Assembly (NCBI GenBank): GCA_977017645.1
Contig: OZ360219.1
Span: 154,256,001-154,320,000 of the forward strand
Reading direction: 5' to 3'
Length of the DNA stretch: 64,000 nt
From: Torpedo marmorata
Lineage: Eukaryota
Positions 39,462 to 50,662 of the stretch are shown here, piece after piece. The notes beneath the pieces were generated by a model. It saw only the letters and a list, made by a program, of their open reading frames with translations. It was not told the origin of the DNA and searched no databases. The stretch's first letter is position 1, and each line of letters starts with the position of its first letter. The translations under genes were made by a program, and so were the position numbers.

Positions 39462-40320
39462 TGTTATGGACCATGATTGACCATTTGGACTGCGGACGGT
39501 CAGCAGGAAGGATGAAGTCTTTTGGAGTACACACTGGGCCAGGTACTGAAAAAGTTAACTTCTCCAGGACTTGGTGTACCCAGAGAGAGAGAGAGAGCAG
39601 AGAGACTGTGGAAAAGATACATTGTTGCACTTTTGCAAAAAAGCAGGGGCAGATCTCTGCAAAGCACACAGTTGTAAGTTGCAAAGGCTACAGGACACAG
39701 CCAATCCAGGCTTGTGCAAGTCAGAGAAAAGACTGACAGGATAGCACATGGCCTCCTGTCTCAGAGAAATTCTGAGAAAAAGCAACTTCTGTGGAGAACA
39801 GGCGTGAGATCAGCGAGACTAGCTGTGAGATTCAAGCATACGCCTAAATCAGTGGTATACTGATCTGGAACTTGCAATCCTTATGAACCTACAAGAAGGG
39901 GACGTCATCAGAGAAGAAAACAAGTACCGGTATTTGTAAGCATAAACAGTCATTGTCTCTCTCCAACCTTCATTCAGAAGTACTTCTACCAGACACAGAG
40001 TTGAATTGAAGCCTGAACTTAGAGAGTGGATTTTGTGGACTGTATTATTCTTTTTTTTGACTGACTTGTTTTTTATGACTGACCTGGGGTTTTTGGGGAA
40101 AGTTTTTCCATTTTTACATAAGGGTTGGGCACAGACTGTAATGGTCTGGGCTTTACACACACACACACACATACCTTTTAGATAAGAATAGTGTTTATAG
40201 ACGTTTATAGTGGGGTTAATTGTTGTGAAATTATATGTTTAATTGTGTTTAATAAATATTAATTTCAATTTTACCCCTTTTGCATTGCCTCTTCTGTCGT
40301 TGCTGGTTTGATTTGTAACA
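39462..40320 (+). repeat. 3' LTR
   Basis: Copy of 34570-35429, with an extra CCGGTA at 39927-39932. Confidence 0.95.
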
Positions 40321-40596
40321 ATAGCTTCGAGTGAGACAGACACCAAAGTCTCAAGGTTCACAAGCCTGCATCTAGAATGCATCTGCAATTTTTAGGGCTT
40401 TCTTGCAAAAAGCTTCAAGGCAAGAAAAATCATTAAAGTAATTATTTCTACAGTGGTAAATCCTGTTCTTGGCTATGTCCAATAACCATCTCTAAGTGAT
40501 TGTTTCCAGCTTTCCATTGAAGACCATTTCCAGAATGCATTTGTTGCTATCAAAACCAGGCAGTAATTAACCTCATTATAATTAGCTGTGCTTATA

Positions 40597-41285
40597 CAGG
40601 TACTCCCCGATTTACGACTCTAATTGGGACCGAAAGATCAGTCGTAACTTGAAATGGACGTAAGTCGGAATTTTGCCTGCGCGCGTGGAGTACCGAAGTC
40701 TTAAGCAAACTTTTTAATCAAATCTTTTTTCATCATAGATTTGACGATAACAACTTAAAGCTTCCTGAATTTGTCGATCAACCTTGGCGAATCTTTCCAC
40801 ATTCTGGTCCATGCTTACCTTGGTTAGTCGGCGTCCCCGGGTCCCATAGGCTGGGAATGGCCATCTTGATTCCTGTGCTCATGCGCGAGTCTTCGGTTGG
40901 CGCATGCGCGGTGGGTTCGCGTATTGGAGTTCCGTTGGCGCATGCGTGAGTTAAGCACCCTAACGATATTGAATTCGCGTCCTTAACTCTCGTTCATGCG
41001 CCAACCTAACTCCAATACGCGAACCCATCGCGCATGCGCCAACTGAAGACTAGCGCATGTGCACAGGAATGAAGATGGCCGCGCCCAACCTACAGACCCC
41101 GGGAAGCCGACTAACAAGGTAAGTACGCACATTTTGGCTCTTACACGCCCTGTATCCCTGTTATAGTTTGTCAAATACAACAAACTGCGTAAATTTTATA
41201 TTTTTTCTTTATATTTAAAAAAAAAATTTCGGTCGTATTTGCGGATGGACGTAAGTTGCATAGGTCGCAAGTCGGGGAGTACCTG
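40597..41285. mobile_element. Tigger/pogo-type MITE with a long internal inverted repeat
   Basis: 22-bp TIRs CAGGTACTCCCCGA(T/C)TT(A/G)CGAC and TA TSD on both sides. Internal arms at about 40814-40954 and 40982-41123. Confidence 0.9.
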
Positions 41286-41534
41286 TACACATAGATAACT
41301 TTGACTGTACTCAGTCACCACATAAATCTCATAAAAGTGATTCTCGTACCCTGGGGCTCAAAGATGGGAGCATTAAGACTAATCTTCACTTTAATACTTG
41401 AGAGAATCTGCTTAAATCTCATTAGTGCACAATTACATTAATTCTATTAACATCAAACACCACACCCAATTCAGACTTTGCTCAACTGTCTATCAATCGC
41501 CTGCAGGTTCATAACTTTACATTTCAAAGCAACA

Positions 41535-41858
41535 GTCATAGCATGGAGCATGCCCTTCAGCCCAACATACGCATACCAACCAGTCATCTACCTTGTGAAA
41601 AAGACTGAACATTCACTTTTGAGCCTACTCATCTCGAGGGAATAAAGACCTAGCCTATACAGCCTCTCCTGATAACTCAAGGTCTCCAGTCCCAGCAACA
41701 TCCTGGTGAATCTCTTCTGCACCCTTTTCAACTTATTGACACCCTTCCTATTACAGGGCAACGAGAAATGGATACAATACTCCAATTGTGGTCTCACCAG
41801 CGGCCTTTACAGCTGTATTATGGTGTCGTAACTTTGGTGCTCAATACCACACATAATA
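41535..41858 (-). mobile_element. CR1-like LINE fragment, split by the L1 and resuming at about 45347-45445
   Basis: ORF remnant RPQLEYCIHF...KLKRVQKRFTRML.GL..LSYQERL.RLGLYSLE. Confidence 0.8.
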
Positions 41859-44800
41859 TTCAGAATTTTGGACACTTATGAATTTGTATGTACCAAATGC
41901 AGATGATGAACAGTTTATTCAAGATTCTTTTTTACATTAATCAGACGCTAATGAGAATATTTTAATTGGTGGAGATTTCAATTGTTGTTTAGATCCAAAA
42001 ATGGATAAAACTTCAAGATCACTTGCTAAAACTAAAATTGCTAAAAGAGTTCTCACTTTGATGAAAGATTTAAATTTAATAGATATTTGGAGGAAATTGA
42101 ACCCTAGAGAAAAAGATTATTCTTTTTATTCTTTTAGACATGATTCATATTCTAGGATAGATTTATTTTTATTATCTTCACAGGTTCAAGATAGAATAAC
42201 GCAAGCATCTTATAAAGCAAGAATAATTTCTGATCATTCACCTTTATTAATATCTTGTATAATTCCGGAAAAAGAAAAAACTATATAACTTGAGATTTAA
42301 TTCTTCTTTATTAAAAAGAAAAGATTTTTGTGATTATATGAGAAGAGAAATTCAGGAATTTTTACAAATAAATTCTAATTCTACTGATAATAAATTCATT
42401 ATTTGGGAAGCTTTAAAAGCTTATTTAAGAGGTCAAATAATAAGCTATTCAGCTAAAATTAAGAAGGATTATCTTTGGGAGGTAGATAATTTAGAGAAGG
42501 AGATTGAGTGTTTGAAAAAAGATTTACAAAAAAATAGATCAGTTCAAAAGAGGAATAATTTAGTTGGGAAAAAATTACATTATAATTTATTACAAACATA
42601 TAAAATGGAAAAATTAATTGAAAGAACTAAACAAAGATATTATGGGTTAGGAGAAGGAGTACATAAAGTTTTGGCATGGCAATTAAAAAAAATCAAACTT
42701 CTAGAACTATAAATGTTATAAGGAAAAAGAATTCTAGGGAAATAACTTATAAACCTCGAGAAATAAATGATTCTTTTAAAGATTATTAGATGAATTTATA
42801 TAAATCTCAGATTGATCAAGATGATTCTAAAATTATTAGATTTTTATCTAAAATTACTTTACCTAAATTAAATACTCAAAGTAGAGAATCTTTAGATTTA
42901 CCTTTCTCAATGAGGGAATTTAATGAAGTTCTTACTTCTTTAACGAGTGGTAAATCTCCAGGTGAAGATGGATTTCCATCAGAATTTTATAAAGAGTTTA
43001 AAGATTTATTGATACTTCCGTATATGGATGTATTGAACCAAATTACGGAAACCCATTCATTACTGGATACATTTTTAAATGCAATAATTACAGTTATACC
43101 TAAAAAAGATAGAGATGTATTGAAAACTGAATCATATAGACCTATTTCATTGTTAAATGTAGATTATGAGATAATGGCAAAAATTTTAGCAAATAGAATG
43201 GCTAATTATTTACCAGATTTAATTCATGCAGATCAAGCTGGTTTTATTAAAAATAGATATTCAAAAGATAACATAGCTAGATTAATTAGTTTAATCTACA
43301 TAAAAAGAAGGAAGATTTACCATTAGTATTAACGTTAGATGCTGAAAAGGCATTGGAGAAATCTGGTTTTGGAACTACATTTATTAATTGGATTAAAACC
43401 ATCCGCTAAAGTAATTACAAACGGACAAATTTCTTCAAGATTTCCCCTGACTAGATCTACTAGACAAGATTGCCCTTTGTCACCAGCGTTATTTATTTTG
43501 GCGATAGAACCTTTGGCAGAATTAGTTAGAAAAGATCCTTTAAAATAGTTGGTATTAAAGTTGGAATGGAAGAACATAAAATTAGTTTATTTGCAGATGA
43601 TGTATTGATATATATGACAAAATCTATTACATCTTTAGTACAATCATTATTTGTGAAAATAAAAAAGGATTTAGAAAATTGGAAAGATTTACCTATAACT
43701 TTAATGGGAAGGGTAAATTGTATTAAAATGAATGTTTTTCCAAGAATTCAATATCTTTTCCAATCAATTCCTTATGAAATTACTCAAAAAAAATTTAAAG
43801 ACTTAAATTCAATTATTAGAAAATTTTTATGGAAAGGAAAGTTAGCAAGAGTAGGTATAGAAATATTAACTTGGAATTATGAAATGGGTGGTTTACAACT
43901 TCCTAATTTCCAAAATTATTATAAAGCAGCTCAATTAAAATTTGTTAATGAACTTTTTGATTCAACTAAATCTTCTGCTTGGATTAAAATAGAATTAAAT
44001 AATATAGGAGAAGATTCCAAAGAAGAAGTTATTTATAAATGGGATTTTAAATTAATATCAACAAGAAGGAAAAATTCTCCTATCCTTAAACATTTGTTAG
44101 AAATATGGAATAAGACGGATAAGGAAATAGGAGGAAAAGGAATGATTTCTCCAAGGATGCCTTTATATCAAAATGAACTTATTCCATTTACTATTAATAA
44201 TCAATTATTTAAAATTTGGTTTCAAAAAGGAATTAAGAAAATAAATGATTGTTTTGAAGCTGGGAAATTTATTACTTTTCAAAGAATGAAAGATAAATTC
44301 AATATATTGGATAATACACTTTTTGCTTATTATCAAATTAGAGCATTTTTGATTGAGAAATTAGGTTATAGTTTGATCTTACCAAGACAGAATGAATTAG
44401 AATTATTAGTTACTAAAGGAGATGTAAATAAATTTATTTCTCAAATGTATAAATTGTTTCAGAGGAAAATTCCTAAAGTAGGAATTCATAAATCAAGATT
44501 AAAATGGGAATTAGATTTGAATGTAACAATAGATGAAAATCGTTGGAAAGAATTATGTAAATTAAGTATGATGAAGATTATTAATGTTAGATATAGATTA
44601 GTACAATATAATTTTTTTCATCAATTATATTTAACACCTAAAAAATTAAAGAAATTTAATCCGACATTATCAGGTTTATGTTTTAGATGTAATAAAGAGG
44701 AAGGTTCTTTCGTACATTCTACATGGTTTTGTCCAAAAGTTTATGATTTCTGGTTGAAAGTTAAAAATTGTTTAGATAAAGTATTTAAGATTACATTTCC

Positions 44801-45333
44801 AATGGATCCTATGATATTTTTGTTTGGAGATATTAGAAAATTTAGTATTAAGATGAAATTAAATATGTATCAAATAGAATTTCTGCGAATTGCTTTAGCT
44901 GTTTCAAAGAAATGTATTGCTATTACTTGGAAATCTGATCTATATTTAGGGTTAGAAAGATGGCATGCGGAACTTCGTTCATGTATACCACTTGAAAAAA
45001 TTACTTATAATTTACGTAATAAATATCATTTCTTTTTAAAAATATGGAGCCCATATATGAAAGCTGTCGGTTTAAGGATCTGAAGATCTCTGGACATCGG
45101 ATCTACTGGCTATCTGACCTCCATAATAGAATTAGTCTATAGATGTATTTTTTTTTAGATTTACATTCTCCTTACCCTATCTTTTTCTTTTATTTTATTT
45201 TATATTTTTTATTTTATTAGATTAGTGGGGTTGGGGAGGGTGGGTGAAAATGTATCACAAGTATTTTGATAATTTCATATTTTATTTTATGTATTCTGTG
45301 ATTTAAAATTTTAAATAAAATATTTTAAAAAAA
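41859..45333 (+). mobile_element. 5'-truncated L1/Tx1-clade LINE, ORF2 pseudogene
   Basis: APE endonuclease motifs (GGDFN, DIWR, SRID, SDHSP), RT (YRPISLLNVDY, LFADD) and CCHC knuckle CFRC...HSTWFC, with several frameshifts and deletions. AATAAA plus an A-tail. TSD ACCACACATAATA (41846-41858) / ACCTCACATAATA (45334-45346). Confidence 0.92.
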
Positions 45334-46087
45334 ACCTCACATAATAAAGGCAAGTGTGCCAAATGCCTTCTTCATCACCCTGTACACCAGAGTCTCCAGT
45401 TTCAGAAACTATACACCTGTACTCCTTGGTCTCTCTCTTCTACAACAAATAACTGCAAATCAACTTTGGTGCAATTCGCTGGCTTCCTTTCACATCCCTT
45501 ATCATCTCCATGAAGAGGAATCTGTATAAAAGGTCCTAGGTAAGCATTGTGTAGATGTTCAAATGGTCCAAATTGTTTAAAAGTAATTTTTTGCTCTACA
45601 GTATCTTTTAATCTCTATAGTCTTTGCTTAACCTATTATCCAGCTGCACCTTGTCCCCATGCCCATCTACCCCTTCTGCATTTTGCAAATCCAGAAATAC
45701 TTAGTTCCAAGTATTGTGTTTGATCTAATAGTATGGCTAACCCATTCACTCTGTTGTAAACGCCTCATGCATTAAGATCGTGGCTTAAGCTTAAACTCTT
45801 TTTTTTTTTATTAGGCCATCTTAGTTCCTTAGAGTGCAATGGCACCTTATAAGCTAGTCGTGACATAATGTGCTTATTTATTTTTACTTAAATCCCTATC
45901 CAGTTTTAAGATTTCTCAAAATCATACAAACTGTACCATTGAGTCCATGCTGGCTTGAAACAAGAACAATCCATCTAAGGGGTAGTAAAACACGAAAATC
46001 TGCATTCACCGTGGTTGAAGTAAAAACACAAAGCTGGAGAAACTCAGCAGGTCAAGCAGTGTACCTTATACAGCAAAGGTAAAAATA

Positions 46088-46128
46088 CATAACTGACGTT
46101 TCGGGCTTGAGCCCTTCATCAAGGATTG
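46088..46128 (-). ncRNA. Minimal hammerhead-ribozyme-like motif (stem I partly mismatched)
   Basis: Minus strand CAATCC-TTGATGA-A-GGGC TCAA GCCC-GAAACGTC-AGTTATG. Confidence 0.55.
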
Positions 46129-47211
46129 GAAAAATGTCGGCAGGCATCCGAACAAAAGAGTAGGGGGGAGGGGTGGTCGCAAAGGCAGGAGGTGATAGGT
46201 GGAGGAGAGGGAGGGGACAGCAGCGATCAAGGGGAGGAAGGATGGCTACGTGAAGGGAGGGAGGAGAACTGGAAAGGGGAAGGGAAGGTGGGAGGGGGAA
46301 GAGGAGAGCAGGTTAGCAGAAACCTGGCTTCCCCTCCACCACCATCAACTCAGCCCTTACCCGCATCTCCTTCATTTCCCGGTCATCTGCCCTGGCCCCC
46401 TCTGCCCCCAGATGCAACAAACATAGAATCCCCCTTACAACCCCACCAGCCTCCGCATCCAACACATTATCCTCCGGAATTTCCGGCACTTGCAACAGGA
46501 TCCCACTACCAGACACATCTTCCCCTCTCTGCCTTCCGTAGGGACCGCTCCATCTGTGACTCCCTCGTGCACTCATCCCTCCCCACCAATCGCACCCCTG
46601 GCACCTTCCCCTGCGGCCGCAGGAGGTGCCACACTTGCGCCCACACCTCCTCCCTCACCACGGTCTGGGGCCCCAAACAGGCCTTAAGTGAAGCAACACT
46701 TCACTTGAGTATCCACAGGACTGATTTACTGCATCCGGTGCTTCCTTTGTGGCATTCTCTACATCGGAGAGACTGGGCGCAGATTGGGAGATCGCTTCGC
46801 TGAGCACCTTCGCTCCGTCCGCACCAGTGACAGAGACCTCCCAGTACCCAACCATTTCAGTTCTGTGTCTCACTCCGACACTCACATGTCTGTCCATGGC
46901 CTTAAGTACTGTCCCACCAAGACCACCCGCAAATTGGAGGAACAACACCTGATTTTCCGTCTTGGCACTCTCCAACCAGATGGCATTAACATTGACTTTT
47001 CCGGTTTCTGCTAACCTGCTCTCCTCTTCCCCCTCCCCTTTCCAGTTCTCTTCCCTCCCTTCACCTAGCCACCCCTCCTCCCTCCCTTCACCTAGCCATC
47101 CCTCCTCCCCTTGATCGCTGCTGTTCCCTCCCTCCCTACCTATCACCTCCTGCCTTTGCGACCACCCCTCCCCCCCCCACTCTTTTGTTCGGACGCCTGC
47201 CGACATTTTTC

Positions 47212-47252
47212 CATACCTTGATGAAGGGCTCAAGCCCGAAACGTCGGTTATG
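47212..47252 (+). ncRNA. Minimal type-I hammerhead-ribozyme-like motif
   Basis: CATACC-TTGATGA-A-GGGC TCAA GCCC-GAAACGTC-GG T TATG. Stem I is CAUACC paired with GG(U)UAUG. Confidence 0.72.
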
Positions 47253-48169
47253 TATTTTTACCTTTGCTATATAAAGAACACTGCTTGACCTGCTGAGTTT
47301 CTCCAGCTTTGTGTTTTTAAAACAATCCATCTAAGCCTCCTCCTTATTGCCCTTTCTGTAAACAGCAGTATTTCTTTTACCTTTATTGAATCTACCTTTT
47401 TTAGAATCTGTCTCCATCACCCTGGCTTCATAAACATGCTTTTTAAGTATTAATCCCCATGTCCTATCTAGGTCTTTCAGATACACATTTAACCTAAATT
47501 GTTTGTCCTATTATTAATTATCACTTATGGGGTGGGAGTGTTGGCAAGGCCAGCATTTCCTGTCCAACTCATCCAAAGGCTGTCCTATTACAAAAGCTTC
47601 CTGTTAATCCAGTAATGGTGCCAATTAGTCTTAGGAAGTTGATCATCTTTCTGAACTGTCGCTGCCCTTCAGGCAAAGATGCTCCCTCAATGTTGCGGAG
47701 GAGGAAACTGGTATTTAAATACCATGAGAGAACATGAAAGAGCAGCGATATATTTTAAAATCAAGAAGTTGTGTGTCTTGGATGGTACCTTTAGGCCGGA
47801 ATGTCATTCACAAGGACAGCAAGATGCATCACAATCTAGAGATTACCACCTGCAAGATTCGGCACTTCAATTTCAATCTTAGGTCTTCATGCACACAGGC
47901 AGCAAAAGCCTTCAAATGATGGACAAGGGCTTTATGTTGAAATTTTGATCTGAAAATTTTGACTTATCCAGCACTTCACCTGCATCTTTCCTGCCTGACC
48001 CAGATATTCCTTCTGTCTGAGCACTAACGATTTGTAACACCACCTAATTTGTGCATAATTCCACAATTCCCATTGATATCTATGAAAAAGTATTCAATTT
48101 CCCACAGTGCCTGAAATTTTCAGCACTCCCTTGCCATTTTCTGTCTTTTTGGTTCCGCCATGTTTAAGC

Positions 48170-50580
48170 AACTGAGGTAAACTCTTTTAAAAACAGAGGT
48201 AAACTCTTTTAAAAACAGAGGTAAACTCTTTTAAAAACAGAGGTAAACTCTTTTAAAAACAGAGGTAAACTCTTTTAAAAACAGAGGTAAACTCTTTTAA
48301 AAACAGAGGTAAACTCTTAAAAACAGAGGTAAACTCTTAAAAACAGAGGTAAACTCTTAAAAACAGAGGTAAACTCTTAAAAACAGAGGTAAACTCTTAA
48401 AAACAGAGGTAAACTCTTAAAAACAGAGGTAAACTCTTAAAAACAGAGGTAAACTCTTAAAAACAGAGGTAAACTCTTAAAAACAGAGGTAAACTCTTAA
48501 AAACAGAGGTAAACTCTTAAAAACAGAGGTAAACTCTTAAAAACTGAGGTAAACTCTTAAAAACAGAGGTAAACTCTTAAAAACAGAGGTAAACTCTTAA
48601 AAACAGAGGTAAACTCTTAAAAAGAGGTAAACTCTTAAAAACAGAGGTAAACTCTTAAAAACAGAGGTAAACTCTTAAAAACAGAGGTAAACTCTTAAAA
48701 ACAGAGGTAAACTCTTAAAAACAGAGGTAAACTCTTAAAAACAGAAAAAAGAGGTAAACTCTTAAAAACAGAAAAAACAGAGGTAAACTCTTAAAAACAG
48801 AAAAAACAGAGGTAAACTCAAAAACAGAAAAAACAGAGGTAAACTCTTAAAAACAGAAAAAACAGAGGTAAACTCTTAAAAACAGAAAAAACAGAGGTAA
48901 ACTCTTAAAAACAGAAAAAACAGAGGTAAACTCTTAAAAACAGAAAAAACAGAGGTAAACTCAAAAACAGAGGTAAACTCTTAAAAACAGAGGTAAACTC
49001 TTAAAAACAGAGGTAAACTCTTAAAAACAGAGGTAAACTCTTAAAAACAGAGGTAAACTCTTAAAAACAGAGGTAAACTCTTAAAAACAGAGGTAAACTC
49101 TTAAAAACAGAGGTAAACTCTTAAAAACAGAGGTAAACTCTTAAAAACAGAGGTAAACTCTTAAAAACAGAGGTAAACTCTTAAAAACAGAGGTAAACTC
49201 TTAAAAACAGAAAAAAGAGGTAAACTCTTAAAAACAGAAAAAACAGAGGTAAACTCTTAAAAACAGAAAAAACAGAGGTAAACTCTTAAAAACAGAAAAA
49301 AGAGGTAAACTCTTAAAAACAGAAAAAACAGAGGTAAACTCTTAAAAACAGAAAAAACAGAGGTAAACTCTTAAAAACAGAAAAAACAGAGGTAAACTCT
49401 TAAAAACAGAAAAAACAGAGGTAAACTCTTAAAAACAGAAAAAACAGAGGTAAACTCTTAAAAACAGAAAAAACAGAGGTAAACTCTTAAAAACAGAAAA
49501 AACAGAGGTAAACTCTTAAAAACAGAGGTAAACTCTTAAAAACAGAGGTAAACTCTTAAAAACAGAGGTAAACTCTTAAAAACAGAAAAAAGAGGTAAAC
49601 TCTTAAAAACAGAAAAAACAGAGGTAAACTCTTAAAAACAGAAAAAACAGAGGTAAACTCTTAAAAACAGAAAAAACAGAGGTAAACTCTTAAAAACAGA
49701 AAAAACAGAGGTAAACTCTTAAAAACAGAAAAAACAGAGGTAAACTCTTAAAAACAGAAAAAACAGAGGTAAACTCTTAAAAACAGAAAAAACAGAGGTA
49801 AACTCTTAAAAACAGAGGTAAACTCTTAAAAACAGAGGTAAACTCAAAAACAGAGGTAAACTCTTAAAAACAGAGGTAAACTCTTAAAAACAGAGGTAAA
49901 CTCTTAAAAAGAGGTAAACTCTTAAAAACAGAGGTAAACTCTTAAAAACAGAGGTAAACTCTTAAAAACAGAGGTAAACTCTTAAAAACAGAGGTAAACT
50001 CTTAAAAACAGAGGTAAACTCTTAAAAACAGAGGTAAACTCTTAAAAACTTTTAAAAACAGAGGTAAACTTTTAGAAACAGAGGTAAACTTTTAAAAACA
50101 GAGGTAAACTTTTAAAAACAGAGGTAAACTTTTAAAAACAGAGGTAAACTTTTAAAAACAGGGGTAAACTTTTAAAAACAGGGGTAAACTTTTAAAAACG
50201 GGGTAAACTTTTAAAAACGGGGTAAACTTTTAAAAACAGGGGTAAACTTTTAAAAACAGGTAAACTCTTTTATAAACAGAGATAAACTCTTTTTAAAAAC
50301 AGAGGTAAACTTTTTTAAAAACAGGTAATCTCTTTCTTAAAAACAGGTAATCTCTTTCTTAAAAACAGGTAATCTCTTTCTTAAAAACAGGTAAACTTTT
50401 TTTAAACAGAGGTAAGCTTTTTTTAAACAGGTAGTAAACTTTTGTTAAACAGAGGTAGTAAACTTTTGTTTAAACTGAGGTAAACTTTTTTTTCAACTGA
50501 GGTAAACTTTTTTTTCAACTGAGGTAAACTTTTTTTTCAACTGAGGTAAATGTTCTTTTTTTTAAACTGAGGTATTATTT
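48170..50580 (+). repeat. ~2.4-kb minisatellite with 20-bp unit AAAAACAGAGGTAAACTCTT and 22-bp and 29-bp variants
   Basis: Directly visible tandem array. The variants occur in blocks and the right end is degenerate. Confidence 0.98.
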
Positions 50581-50599
50581 TATTTTTAAAATTCACTCT

Positions 50600-50662
50600 G
50601 GTCCACTTAAAAATAGGCAACATGCCGCAGTTAGCCCGGGGGTCATAGTTTGACCACCCCTG
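50600..50662. mobile_element. Orphan hAT (Charlie-like) terminus
   Basis: ...GCCCGGGGGTCATAGTTTGACCACCCCTG resembles the TIR of the 9742-9872 MITE. No partner end was found. Confidence 0.5.

Larger units (their letters stand above)
34570..40320 (+). mobile_element. Ty3/Gypsy LTR retrotransposon, Gmr1-type domain order (gag-PR-IN-[RT deleted]-RH), non-autonomous
   Basis: Two ~860-bp LTRs bounded by TGTTA...TAACA, 4-bp TSD ATAG (34566-34569 and 40321-40324), PBS, PPT and internal ORFs. Confidence 0.95.
45980..47320 (+). mobile_element. Penelope-like element with an inverted 5' pLTR copy
   Basis: 45980-~46323 is an inverted copy of the 3' UTR/pLTR (~47004-47320). The frameshifted GIY-YIG region lies between. 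Perfect 15-bp TSD AACAATCCATCTAAG at 45965-45979 and 47321-47335. Confidence 0.92.

Noticed and set aside
34564-40172. Paired near-identical short ORFs (34961-35278 and 39849-40172, etc.)
   Set aside because: By-products of the LTR duplication, with no recognisable domain.
48170-50580. CRISPR-like array
   Set aside because: Units are head-to-tail with no unique spacers, there are no cas genes, and the context is a eukaryotic intron.
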